The notes beneath the pieces were generated by a model. The model searched no databases and was not told where the DNA came from. It worked only from the letters and a program-made list of their open reading frames with translations. DNA of 64,000 bases, from positions 23,746,001 to 23,810,000 of the forward strand of contig NC_059439.1 of NCBI RefSeq assembly GCF_021028975.2, in the 5' to 3' direction. Origin of the DNA: Sphaerodactylus townsendi. Lineage: Eukaryota. A program made the position numbers and the translations under genes. This document shows, in pieces, positions 50,228 through 62,249 of the stretch. Within the stretch, counting starts at the first letter, position 1. Each line of letters begins with the position of its first letter.

Positions 50228-50792
50228 ATAAGAACATAAGAACAAGCCAGCTGGATCAGACCAGAGTCCATCTAGTCCAGTTCTCTGCTACTCGCAGTGG
50301 CCCACCAGGTACCATTGGGAGCTCACATGCAGGATGTGAAAGCAATGGTCTTCTGCGGCTGTTGCTCCCGAGCACCTGGACTGTTAAGGCATTTGCAATC
50401 TCAGATCAAAGAGGATCAAGATTGGTAGCCATAAATCGACTTCTCCTCCATAAATCTGCCCAAGCCCCTTTTAAAGCTATCCAGGTTAGTGGCTATCACC
50501 ACCTCCTGTGGCAGCATATTCCAAACACCAATCACACGTTGCGTGAAGAAGTGTTTTCTTTTATTAGTCCTAATTCTTCCCCCCAGCATTTTCAATGTAT
50601 GCCCCCTGGTTCAAGTATTGTGAGAAAGAGAGAAAAATTTCTCTCTGTCAACATTTTCTACCCCATGCATAATTTTATAGACTTCAATCATATCCCCCCT
50701 CAGACGTCTCCTCTCCAAACTAAAGAGTCCCAAACGCTTCAGCCTCTCCTCATAAGGAAGGTACTTTAGTCCCTCAATCATCCTCGTTGCCA
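50228..50792 (-). mobile_element. 5'-truncated CR1 LINE
   Basis: ATRMIEGLKYLPYEERLKRLGLFSLERRRLRGDMIEVYKI (classic CR1 ORF2 C-terminus); (TTCTTATG)n tail. Confidence 0.93.
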
Positions 50793-51884
50793 CAACTGGG
50801 CTACTTACTATATAGTCAGTGGAAGTAAAGAAAATGTGTGTAAATGGAAAGAAAAAAACTGCAGTCCACAAGTACATAAGAAGATCCCTGTTGGATCAGA
50901 TCAGTGGGAAAAAAAGTTCTTTCTATCTACTCTTTTGGACCCTGTGCTGAGATACTAATAAACAGTCAAGCAGAACAAAAACTGTATTGCTTTACCTGTG
51001 TCGGGAGTAAATGCGTGTGCAGAAAGTACGGTCAAGTCACAGCAAACTTATGTCAACCCCAGCAAGGGACTTACAGAGGTGGTCTATCACTGTCTTCCTC
51101 TGCAGAATCTTCCTTGACTGTCTCCCATCTAAGTATCAGCCCCTCTTAACTTTAAAGATCTGATGAGATCAGGCGCTATACCATGCCATCTTTCTTCTCT
51201 TGGGAGTAAACAGAAGTGGAAATTTCAACCTCTTAGTTTCCAAGCTCCTTGTTGTTTGTTCCAAACTCCTAGTTGTTCCAAGCTCCTTTGTTGTTGTTTT
51301 GCTCCAAATGAAAGGATGAAAACTTTTTTGCCCAATGACTTATTCTAATTCATTTACATATCTCCACAAGTTAAAGAGAACTGGCAAATTCTTCACTTCC
51401 AGTATAGTTCTTTTTTTTAAAAAAATGAATCCACTTATACTGGCACAAGAATATAGAAATACCCCTGGGCTGTATGTTCCTTGGGAAAATGCTGTCAAAT
51501 GTAATGGTAATTCATTATAACATTTTCTGTAATGAAAAGCTAGTAATAGGACATTGTCACTTAAAAAAAACTTGTTCTGAAATGTCCTGTGTTTAATGGT
51601 CAGATCTGGATAGTGTGGAATGGGTAACTCAGAAGGAGAAGGCAATGCCATATTAATGGCATGTTACTAATGAGAAAGTGTGGTTTAGTGTTTGCCAGCT
51701 TAGCTCCTTCCTCTCTAAAGCTTCTATTTTCTGTGCCACCTTCATACATTTATTTGTTTAGTTCATTTTTTTAAGTGTAGATGACTGAGGACAATGGCAA
51801 ATTAATCATTGAAATAGTCTACCTAGTAAATGACATCACCCCACAGGTTGGTGGGAGTTAATAGCAGTAGAAGTAGTGGTAGTA

Positions 51885-52172
51885 GTAGTTTGGATTTATA
51901 CTCCGCCTTTCTCTCCTGTAAGGAGATTCAAGGTGGCTTACAAATTCCTTTTCCCTTCCTCTTCTCACAACAGATACCTTCTGAGGTAGGTGGTGGTGGG
52001 GCTAAGAGAGTATCAAAGTACAATGACTAGGCCAAGGTCACCCAGCAGGAATGTAGAAGTGGGGAAACAAATCTTGTTCACCAGATAAGAGTTCACTGCT
52101 CATGTGGAGGAGTGGGGAATCAAACCCAGCTCTCCGGATTAGAGTCCGTCTGTTCTTAACCACTACACCACA
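51885..52172 (-). mobile_element. Squam3-like SINE
   Basis: Reverse complement of the 30285 family (GGAATCAAACCC, TCTTAACCACTACACCA). Confidence 0.75.
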
Positions 52173-52197
52173 TTGACTGTACTTTTACCTTTTACTC

Positions 52198-52382
52198 AAT
52201 GCAACAACCTTTATTAGGCATATAAAAATAGGATCCAGAGCACTACAGACATTTCTGAAGTACAAATCAAAAGTACGTTCAAAACACAGACAGATAAACT
52301 GTATTGGACATTACTTAGAAAATTCTGTCACTTGTAAAAGAAATATTCTCTGGTTTCTCTTCAGATCGTATAAATCTTTCGC
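52198..52382 (-). mobile_element. Short LINE tail insertion
   Basis: 16-bp TSD CTTTTACCTTTTACTC (52182-52197, 52383-52398); minus-strand ATGCCTAATAAAGG. Confidence 0.65.
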
Positions 52383-53783
52383 CTTTTACCTTTTACTCCA
52401 TGGTGTTCAGGACATTGTAAATTCTAAGTCAAACATTTTGGTTTAAATAAATCCGCAAAAGATGATGTGAGAATCATCGCTGGCTTGAGCATCATAATGA
52501 CAGTGGTGGTCAGTGTCAGACTAGATAAATGAATCAGTGTACATTTCGTTCAGCTGACGTAGGTTACGGACATCAGTTTGACAACTTTTCACTTGGTTGT
52601 GTTTTATTATGTTATTGATTTTTATAAAGACACCGTTAGTCACTTTTTAACTGTCAGGCCACATTCCAAACAGGATATATTAAATCATAGCAACTTCAAA
52701 TGCATAAAAAAACTGAACACCATAATAAGCCCATGATGAAATATCACAGTTTGCTAAAGGAAATCAACTTTATTTAAAAGCCTGTCCCATACCCAGGTCT
52801 CAAGAAACAGAAACAAAAACAAAAAAACCAGATATATTTTCATCTGATGGCACAATGCCATAAGCTCCAGGGAAAGTATTCACTGACCAGGCCTCTTAAG
52901 GAGAAGACATTCTGACCATTGAAGAGGATTGAGGCAGAAATGGGATGATGAGGTGTTAGCATGTCCTTTCTGCTTCAAATTGCAAATGGGATTCATTTTT
53001 TTTTTAAAAAAAAAGTTCTCTTGCACGAAAACAATGGTCTACATGTAGAAAAAATGGCACAAAATAGAAAAGACTGGACTGTGGAATCTGTCTCTATTTT
53101 TTCAAAGGAGACAGAACTGGAAAATGGCGTCCTTCACTTGCAGCTGTAGGTGATTTTTATTACCTCACATATCTTCTGCCTCCTTCTGCAGCATGTGCAG
53201 ATGAGGCCTAAATACTGATCCATCTAGAAGCTGTTCCTTTATCAAGGCACAATGTTAAATAATGCACAAAATAATGGTTTTGACAAAGGCAGCGTGTAAA
53301 AATGATCATTCTCATATTCGTTCAGGTCTATATTCTAATGTGGAAGTATACAATTTTCTCAGCCATTGTACCGCAGCTGACAAAACTAACATCTTTATGT
53401 GGAACATAGCAGGAACTTGTTCATTTTTTCCCATTTATTTGTTTGTCTTTGATTTCATTTTAATCATTTTAGTGTCTATTTATTAATCACACATGAAATG
53501 CAGATCATCCCTGCAATATGGCAGTGTCACTAGATTCTTATATGCCTCGGAGCTGGTTCACACATGCATGTTCACCATTTATTGACAGGAACTTTAGATA
53601 ATAACTTGTCATTACAAAGCAAGTGGTCCATCATTGCTATAACCCCACAGAGAGAATGCTCCACTTGCCATATGTCACATCATATGCAGTGTTTTTTTAA
53701 CTTCAATTTACTGCTAATCACCAAGAGATATACATTCAATTGCATATCAACCCCTTACCATTTTATGTACACAGCTAGACTGA

Positions 53784-54034
53784 GGCCGTTTCCCCACTTT
53801 GGTCGTTTCCCCTTTGCTGCACGCTACTTTCAGCGCACATCATTTCTGGCGTGTGCCCGGGCTTCCCCACGGCGCCGTTTTGAAGAGCGCCAGGAATGAC
53901 GCATGCGGAGGGGGCACAAGAGCGGCAGCTTCGGGGTGGCTGCGTTGTTGCCGCCCCTGTAGTGGGGAGTGCCACGGGACCCCACGCTACTTGAGGAGAG
54001 TAGCGCGCAGCATAAGGTGAGTGGGGAAAGGCCC
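53784..54034. mobile_element. GC-rich PIF/Harbinger-like MITE
   Basis: TIR GGCCGTTTCCCCACT / AGTGGGGAAAGGCCC; 3-bp TSD TGA. Confidence 0.75.
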
Positions 54035-54053
54035 TGAGTTATCTCTTTACCCA

Positions 54054-54610
54054 GGCCGTTTCTGCACGGCCACCTCGCGCCCCCACGCCGGCGAGAGTTT
54101 CGCCGGCGAGTGGAGCCTGCTCGCGACGTGCCGCGATATGCGAGCAGGCAACAGGGAGGCCGGCAGAAGGCAGGCGGCTCCGCACGGAGCCGCCTCTGCA
54201 CCCTCCCCCGCCCCACTTACCATGTCTCGCTCGTCGCCAGCGGGGCGTAGCAGTCTTCGCCCACGCTGCCCTCGGACCCCTGGAGGTCGGAGGCCATGCA
54301 AGTGGGGCTGCGATGCCCTGCCAGGCTAATGCAGGGAAGACACAGTAAGTGGGGCGGGGGATGGAGTGCCACTTTTCTCGGCGCTGTTCGCACCAAGGCT
54401 TCATTGGTAGGAAGACGCATTCTCCCCAACAACAACCTTCTTTAAAGCGTTGCTGTTTAGGGCGGCCGACGCCGCTCTGGGGGGGAGGGGAAGTGATTCT
54501 CAGGTCGCCGCTGCCGCGCTGCAGCAGCGGCGCTTCGTGCTTAACGCAGGCCTGGGGGCGCCTTTTTTGGCGCCCCCAGGCCGTCGTAAAAAGGCCGTGC
54601 AGATACGGCC
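54054..54610. mobile_element. GC-rich PIF/Harbinger-like MITE
   Basis: TIR GGCCGTTTCTGCACGGCC / GGCCGTGCAGATACGGCC (17/18 match); 3-bp TSD CCA. Confidence 0.8.
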
Positions 54611-55035
54611 CCAGTGTCTTTTACATATTCTCACTGCTACTGTGATTCTGTTCTGAAATTTTCACATAACACTACTAACATTAGCTTGGATCCAAAATTA
54701 CACTTTCAGAGGCCGAAGAAAGTAATTTTTACTGATTCCACATTTCTGTTGAAAACGTCCACTTATTCCCCACACTGTTCTTGAGAATTCTACCAGAAGA
54801 ACATTTCAGGAAGCTGCACTCCAAAAGTTGAAATCTCCAAAAATCACATGCATTTCCTTTTCTGCTAGCCAAACATCTTTATTTGGTTGGAAACTAAATT
54901 TTGGGTCTAACCCACTGATCTCATGCTTTTTCCATATTCTCCTTCCCTGCCCTCATGGGGTTCAGGCACAATTACGTTACAGCAGAAATATCCCTGCACA
55001 TACTTCATTTCATTGTCTTAGGTCTTGAAAAGAAG

Positions 55036-55956
55036 TCATTTTGAAAACACTCTTCTCTTCAATGCCCCATTGATCTCCTTACTTCTCAAACTGTAGATGA
55101 TAGGATTAAGGGCCGGGGTGATAATGGAGTAGAGCAGTGCAATAAATTTGTCATTTTCAAGAACATAGCTGGACCTGGGTCTCAAGTACATAGTACTGGC
55201 AGATCCGTAGAACAGAATTATGACAATGAGGTGTGAGGAGCAGGTGGAAAAGGCCTTCTGCCTACCCTTTGCCGTTGCAATTTTCAGGATGGTGGCACTT
55301 ATATGGATATAGGATCCTAGTATTAACAAAGCGGGTATCAAAGTAATTAGCAGTCCAGCCAAGAAGACAGTGATTTCATTAATAGATGTATCTCCACATG
55401 CCAGACTCAAGAGTGGAGGGATATCACAAAAGAAATAGTTGATCTGGTTGTCCTCACAAAAAGGAAGGGCAAATATCAGGCTGGTTTGTCCCAGTGAAAG
55501 TACCATCCCGCTAGTCCATGACCCTGCCACCAGCCAGGCACACAGGTCCTTCCTCATGATGGATGCATAATGCAGTGGGTTGCAGATGGCCATGAAACGG
55601 TCATATGCCATGGCGGCAAGGAGGAAGCACTCTGTGGTTCCCAGAGAGAGAAGAAAATACAGTTGGGCAGCACAGCGCGAGAAGGAGATGGCTTTGTCTT
55701 TTGAGAAGATGTTCACTAGCATCTGAGGGGCTGTGACGGAGGTGTAGCAGAGGTCCACCAGTGATAAGTTAGCAATGAACCAGCACATAGGGGTATGAAG
55801 GGCAGGTTCCAGCCAGACGATTGTACTGATTAAAGCATTCCCCAGCAGTGACATAGCATACAATGTCAAGAACAACACAAAAAACACACCTTGTATCTCC
55901 GGGCTGCCAGAATATCCCAGAATGATAAACCCATTACTTTTGTTTTGGCTTTCCAT
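55036..55956 (-). CDS. Olfactory receptor, family 10-like, intact, 306 aa
   Basis: [51 protein letters not shown]; ATG at 55956 in good Kozak context (cccATGG); acceptor CAG at 55975-55977. Confidence 0.92.
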   Translation of the reverse strand: MESQNKSNGFIILGYSGSPEIQGVFFVLFLTLYAMSLLGNALISTIVWLEPALHTPMCWFIANLSLVDLCYTSVTAPQMLVNIFSKDKAISFSRCAAQLYFLLSLGTTECFLLAAMAYDRFMAICNPLHYASIMRKDLCAWLVAGSWTSGMVLSLGQTSLIFALPFCEDNQINYFFCDIPPLLSLACGDTSINEITVFLAGLLITLIPALLILGSYIHISATILKIATAKGRQKAFSTCSSHLIVIILFYGSASTMYLRPRSSYVLENDKFIALLYSIITPALNPIIYSLRSKEINGALKRRVFSK

Positions 55957-56311
55957 GGGCCTGAGGCTGGTCACCTGAATAGATTAAAATATTGATGAAT
56001 GTCATATAAACAATGGGTTGCTATAGCCCAGAATCATCAACACAATTTAACTTAACATAAAACATTTCTGGCCACTGAGTCCGCCCTTCTTTGTTGCTCC
56101 TTACAGCTTTGTCATCTGCTGATTGAATATCGGCCTGTCCCCTCCCAGGAGGTTAATGCCGGACAACATCTATTTATTTTAATTGTGGAAGATCACTGCT
56201 GCTAGTGTTTTAATGTTTAATTTATTTATTGGTTTAATTGAAACTATTTGCTCTATTCAAATGTTGATTGTTTTGTAAACCGCCCTGAGCCCTTCGGGCT
56301 CAGTAATGGGT

Positions 56312-56312
<1 letters not shown>

Positions 56313-56400
<88 letters not shown>
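56313..56400. repeat. (AAT)n microsatellite
   Basis: Direct observation; follows an L2-like tail. Confidence 0.97.
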
Positions 56401-56402
<2 letters not shown>

Positions 56403-57523
56403 CCATCAATCGAGCACTGCATCCAAGAAGTGATGTAGACAGACTCTACCTAGCAAGGTCAGAAGGAGGAAGAGGACTGCTCCAGGTCAAGCAATCAGTA
56501 GAGGAAGAGAAAAGAGGCCTGAAAGAATACATCCAAGAAAGTCAAGAGCCAGCATTGAAAGAAGTCCACAAGGCTGAGATGCTGAAAGCCAAAGAATCAA
56601 AAGAAGAGTATAGAGTCCAACAGTTTAAAACACGAAAGGAGCAGTGGCTAAACAAGCCACTCCATGGGCAGTACTTTAAGAACATTGAAGGGAAGGTTGA
56701 CAGCAAGAAAACATGGGAATTTGGCTCAGAAGGGGAACTCTTACAAAGAAGGAAACTGAGAGGCCTGATTTTTGCTGCCACCTAGGAGCAAGCTGATTAC
56801 AGGACAAAATCTGCAATAAAGACACAATGGTAATCCAAAAAAGTCCTACAATGACCCAAAGTGCCAGTCTCTGCAAAGAGTGTGATGAAACCGCGGAGCA
56901 CATCATCTGCTGCTGTAAGAAAATAGCCCAACCTGACTATCTCGAACGTCACACTGTAATAGGGCTAGCAGCAATGGTGCACTGGAACCTTTGCAAAAAA
57001 TGTAATGGCCTGCCCTGTAGCAAGACCTGGTATTAGGCTGAAGCCAGAGAAGTCTACACTAGAAAATGAAAGAAGCAAAAAATACTCTGGGACTTTAGGA
57101 ATGCACAGACAGACACCTGGCACACAACACCCCAGACTATAACAGTGATAGAGAGAAGAAACATGTTTGGATCATCTGATGTTACTGCATGCCAGTTGAC
57201 AGCAGGGTAGAAGGACAAAAGAGCTGGAAAAGATCACAAAATACAAGGACCACCACAGGAGGAGGAGGAGTGAAGTTGAACGATTGTGGCAAGTAAAAGA
57301 ACAACAGTAATCCCACTAGTAGTCGTTGATTGCTCTAGGAGGAGGAATCCCAAGAAATCTTGAAAAACTTATCTGGAAAGCCTAAACTTTGGATACAGAA
57401 CATCAGTCCACATGCTGCAGAAAGCAGCACTTCTAGGAACTGCACATATTCTACGCAAATACCTCTAATATCCTAGGTCCTTGGGAAGGACTCGATATTC
57501 AGAGATGAATTCCAGACACTTGT
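56401..57523 (+). mobile_element. 5'-truncated R4/Dong-clade LINE (restriction-like endonuclease type), frameshifted
   Basis: LYLARSEGGRGL, LHGQY, C..C.ETAEHI...C, YLERH, VHWNLC, KILWDF and HNTPD motifs; starts right after (TAA)n. Confidence 0.85.
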
Positions 57524-57651
57524 NNNNNNNNNNNNNNNNNNNNNNNNNNNNNNNNNNNNNNNNNNNNNNNNNNNNNNNNNNNNNNNNNNNNNNNNNNNNN
57601 NNNNNNNNNNNNNNNNNNNNNNNNNNNNNNNNNNNNNNNNNNNNNNNNNNN
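57524..57651. other. Assembly gap (N run)
   Basis: Run of n. Confidence 0.99.
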
Positions 57652-58644
57652 CAATGACCATCATATGGGAGATTGGGGGTGGAAAGTCCTGTCGAGTTAG
57701 GGCTGACTTATGGTGACCCTGCAGGGTTTTCAAGACAAGAGACAGAGGAATTTGCCATTGTCTGCCTTTGTGGAGCGACCCTGGACTTTCTTAGTGGTCT
57801 TCCTTCCAAGTACTTACCAGAACCTGCCTTCCTTAGCTTCTGAGATCTGACAAGATTGGGCTAGCTTGGGTCTTCCTGGTCAGGACGTACAGAGTGTTAT
57901 GACTTTAAAACGATTTTACTCATTTTATTTTAAAAGTCTGCCGTGTTTTTAGTTCTGCTTGGCCCAGACAATCTTTTGTTTCTTCCACGTCGTATAATTG
58001 ATTCGTAATTTTTGAACAACCATAAAGAAAGCAATTATAATAACAATAGAAGTCATGCTAGAGTTATGTCGGGAAAGGATAGGTGAGATGGGAGGGAAGA
58101 CCTAGGGAAGAGAGTGGGAATTAGGAGTGGAGAAAGGGCAAAGTAGTCTGTTATGTGGAAAGGTAAACAAAAGGAAGGGGGGAGAAAAGGGGAGACAGAC
58201 AGCAAAGCAGTAAAGGAAAGACATGTTTTGTGTTAAGTTAAATTGTGTCGATGATTCTGGGCTGTAGCAGTCCACTGTTTATTTACAATAAGAGGAGAAT
58301 ACAGAAAACAGAAATGAGATATGACAATTGCTTGAAACAAGTCAAAGCATCAGTTTCAACCCTTCCATACACCATAATCTGATTCGGTGCTGAACCTCCA
58401 TGTATACGATTAGTGTCTTATCTGCATATGTGTTGTGTGGGTTCAAAATCCTGTCAAGTTGCATCTGAATTATGGCAATGCCAGAAAGTGGCTTTCAAGG
58501 CAAGTGAAAAGCAGAGATGGTTTGCCAGTACCTTCCTCTCCAGCCTCCTTTGGTAGTCTCCCTTACAAATATCAACACTGCTTAGCTTCCAAGTTTTGAT
58601 GAGCTCAGGCTGCACCCTGCTACATTTCCTTCTAACAGACTCCA

Positions 58645-58946
58645 GAAGAAGAGGAAGAGCTAGAGGAAGAGTTTGGATTTATACCCCACCTTTCTCTCCT
58701 GTAAGGAGACTCAAGGTGACTTACAAGCTCCTTTCCCGTCCTCTCCCCATAACAGACACTTTGTGAGGTAGGTGGGGTTGAGAGAGTTCCGAACAACTGT
58801 GACTAGCCCAGGGTCACCCTACAGGAATGTAGGAGTGCAGAAACACATCTTACCAGATAAGCCTGTGCCACTCAGGTGGAAGAGTAGGGAGCCAAATCCG
58901 GTTCTCCAGATGATAACACACCTGCTCTTAACCACTACACCATGCT
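58645..58946 (-). mobile_element. Squam3-like SINE
   Basis: GAAGAG tail, GACTAGCCCAGGGTCACCC core, CTCTTAACCACTACACCA head. Confidence 0.78.
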
Positions 58947-59264
58947 GGCTAGATGGCATTAAAGCAATGTCCATCAGGTAGTGAAAAATGAGGCAATTGC
59001 CTTTGACCACAGCAATATTTGATCAGCTGTACCACTTACCAGTTGGTTTGTAGCTCCAATTCAAGATGCTGATTTGAATTTTAGAGTCCAGTACCTGTAT
59101 AATTGAAGGGCTATTTCTTCATATTTGGATCCAATCTCTTCCTCATAGTACCACACTCACGTACCTTTTGTACATGCAGGTCCAAAGATCCTCAGCATAG
59201 CCTTTTGGGTGATCCAAGAGTACAAGGTCATTGTCTCCTAGACTATACCCAGGCTGTGATTGTC

Positions 59265-59918
59265 CTGGGGTCTTGGGTAAATGCAATAATAACACCAATA
59301 TTCAAAAAGGGTGACCATATGTCACCAGCTAATTACAGACCCATCAGCCTTTTATCTGTCTCAGGTAAACTTTATGCCAAACATTTGTTAAATAGGCTAT
59401 GTACCTGGATCAATGATGGAAAAATTCTTTACCCCGAGCAAATAGGATTTTAAAAAGGTTGCTCTACACTTGATCATTGTCTGATCCTTAACCTCCTGTT
59501 ATTAAAATACAAAACAAGGGGGCAATATAAGATCTTTGCTGCCTTTCTGGACCTGAAAAGTGCCTTTGATTCAGTTGTAAGAGACTTGCTGTGGCTTAAG
59601 TTAACAGAGATGGGGATCGACGTTAGATTATTACTACTTATTCAATCTCTCTATTCAAACACAACCTGCCAGATAAAATGTACAAACTCTGGAGACCTAA
59701 CTCTTAAGATTCTCGTCGTGACAGGTGTTAAGCAAGGCTGTGTATTGGCCCCAGTCTTGTTTAACTTATTCAATAATGATTTGGTACAAGTGTTGTCAGG
59801 CGTTAATGCACACAGCCCAGTTCTTTCAAACAAGCCCGTATTACTCCTACTTTATGCTGATGACATGATACTGATCTCTAGATCTCAAGTGGGCCTTAAA
59901 AGGCTCCTTAGAAAAAAA
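59265..59918 (+). mobile_element. Internal LINE reverse-transcriptase fragment (RTE-X-like)
   Basis: PIFKKGD...NYRPISLL, EQIGF, DLKSAFDSV, GVKQGCVLAP.LF, LLYADD; flanked by a 25-bp direct repeat. Confidence 0.9.
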
Positions 59919-62249
59919 AGACTATACCCAGGCTGTGATTGTCTCTTGTAATTTACATAAATCACCACATTCAGTCTTTCCACCCCTCATTGTATCACCA
60001 GTGTCATTTCCCCTTTTTACGCTACTTATGTGAAAGAGGAAAAAAATGGATGGAAGTCAAATGATCATTAAAAGTAAATATGCCATCCAAAGCCTTCCTT
60101 GGGTATATTCAACTGAATTCAAGAGTGATTCGATTCAGAACTTCTACTATGGAGACAGACCTGAATTTTATCTCTTCCAATGGTAGCAGAGTGTCATGGT
60201 ATTATACTTACAAATCATGGGGCCGATTGCGCAATGAGACAGTGAACGTTCTCAGTTCAAGCTATGCAGAAAGGCAAGATTTCAATGTTATCGTTTTGTC
60301 TTGGCCTTAACAACTCACACTTGTATTCAAGCCTCCAAGAGAACTTGATAGAATAAGCTGCATTTTTAATGCCTGTTCAGATTCTTGTCCCTGGTGCATT
60401 TCAAGATCTGCCGCTGGAGGATTATTTATTTATTCCTCAACATAATTTGATGTTTAAGCACTTAATGATACATGGGGGTTGGATGACAACACACACAAAT
60501 CTAAAGCAACAAACACACACACATACACACACACACACACACATGATTCTATCACTGGGAATTCCTAACTATGGATAGTTGAAAGGCGTATATGCACTAT
60601 TTGTCAGATTAAGAAAAATGAAATTGCTAATAAATGACATTGGTGTGAATCCAGCAGTGTGTACATAGAAATGTAACTAGATTGAGGACCAGTTCTGCTT
60701 GTATAGGTGCTTGTATGGCCTCATAGAGCTTTCCTTCCTATATTTGATGTTGGACAGGAATTGAATGGATAATGTCCCATGCAAGTGAGACAATGGTTTG
60801 TGATATACCATGAATGCTCATACCAGGTATTCTTCATTCCTCTGCTTGTGCAAAGACCCTAGCATATGTAGAAAGTTTCTGGAAAATTTGGACTGTGTTT
60901 TCCATAACTGTTTTGTGGACCGTGTTTTCCATAACAAGCCCCATCAATATACAGTTGGAACCTCCGGATTAGACAATCACTTTGCTCCTTATTGCACTGC
61001 AAACCAGCAGATTTATATCTTTTAAGATTTGAGACGCTTCCCAAAATGGGTTACTACAGAAGACTTGCCCTTACTTTCACGCAAACTATGACTCCTAACA
61101 GACTTTTTAAAATTAAGGACTATCTGCAAGAAAAATATGATATACATGTGGTGAGAATGTTTAAAAATACAACTGTCAACAATCTTATTGGAACTGGAGC
61201 CCAGAATGGCTGTGAAATGGAATTATTTCCAACCCAAGATTTATTTAGTGATTGGAGACAAGTGGTAGCACAATTGTATCTGAATTCTCAGTTCCTCACC
61301 TCTAAAAAGAAACAGAAGAACATATGTAGCGCAATGATCTACCCACTAATACAGGAGAAAAGCAAACACCCAACATAAAGAAGAAAATCCAAGCAAGACT
61401 CCTCGAATTATGGGAGCTGCGACTTTGGACCAAAGTGCATAGAGGCCCACTGCTGCTTCAACTTCCAATATACCTTACGAATGGGCTGATCGATCCGAAA
61501 CTAGGTTGAAAGCCTACATCCACAAGTGGTCAGAAAGCAAAACCAGAGGCAGTATTAGTGGGCACAAGAACTAGTAGAAATCAATGGGCCAAATCCATCA
61601 CAATCCAAGCAGAATTGGCAAATATCAACTCCTGGCTTTAAAACAAGGACTTACAGGATTTTTTTGGTTCTTTAACTGAATTAGCTAATGGGCAAGAAGC
61701 ACCTGAGGCAGTTGTAGAATTACCTCAGGTAGGAGATGTAGCAATAACACCATGCCCTAATAAAATAAGTCATTTATTACAACCTTCTTTGACCAATATG
61801 GATGAGGATTTGGTGTACACCAACAAGAAGATTCTAGTAATATGTATTAGCCAACGTTACGCATCTATCTGCCAAACAGAGTGCTCTTGCTGCTAAGAGC
61901 CGACTCTACTGACTCCTAGACTGCTAGTTCCCACAATACTATCATTGCTACATTGACTGAAATGGATAGCTGCTGACACAAAGCTGAAACAGTAGGAACA
62001 GAGCCTGTGAATGTAGGAGGCCAAGAGGAACTCCCTGAGGCAACCAAGCGGCTGGAAGTCCTCACCTTGACAGTGTCCAGAATACTTGAGGTCCCTCCTC
62101 CAAGAGTCCTGCTGGTGGCATTCCTCCAGCTGTGCATGCAGCCTCTCATAAGAGAACACATCCTTCAATGGCTGCATACAGCATTCTCTACCACCAACGA
62201 ATTTCATCCCTGGATTCCCCTATTTCCACCTGACGCCATGTAAAAACAA

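Noticed and set aside
51130-51187. Possible 5S rRNA gene
   Set aside because: Only a diverged partial 5S-like head fused to a SINE tail.
53564-54656. Many overlapping ORFs and a CpG-island-like region suggesting a gene promoter
   Set aside because: Explained by two GC-rich MITEs with TIRs and TSDs.
56248-56433. Poly-Ile and poly-Asn ORFs
   Set aside because: Translations of the (AAT)n microsatellite.
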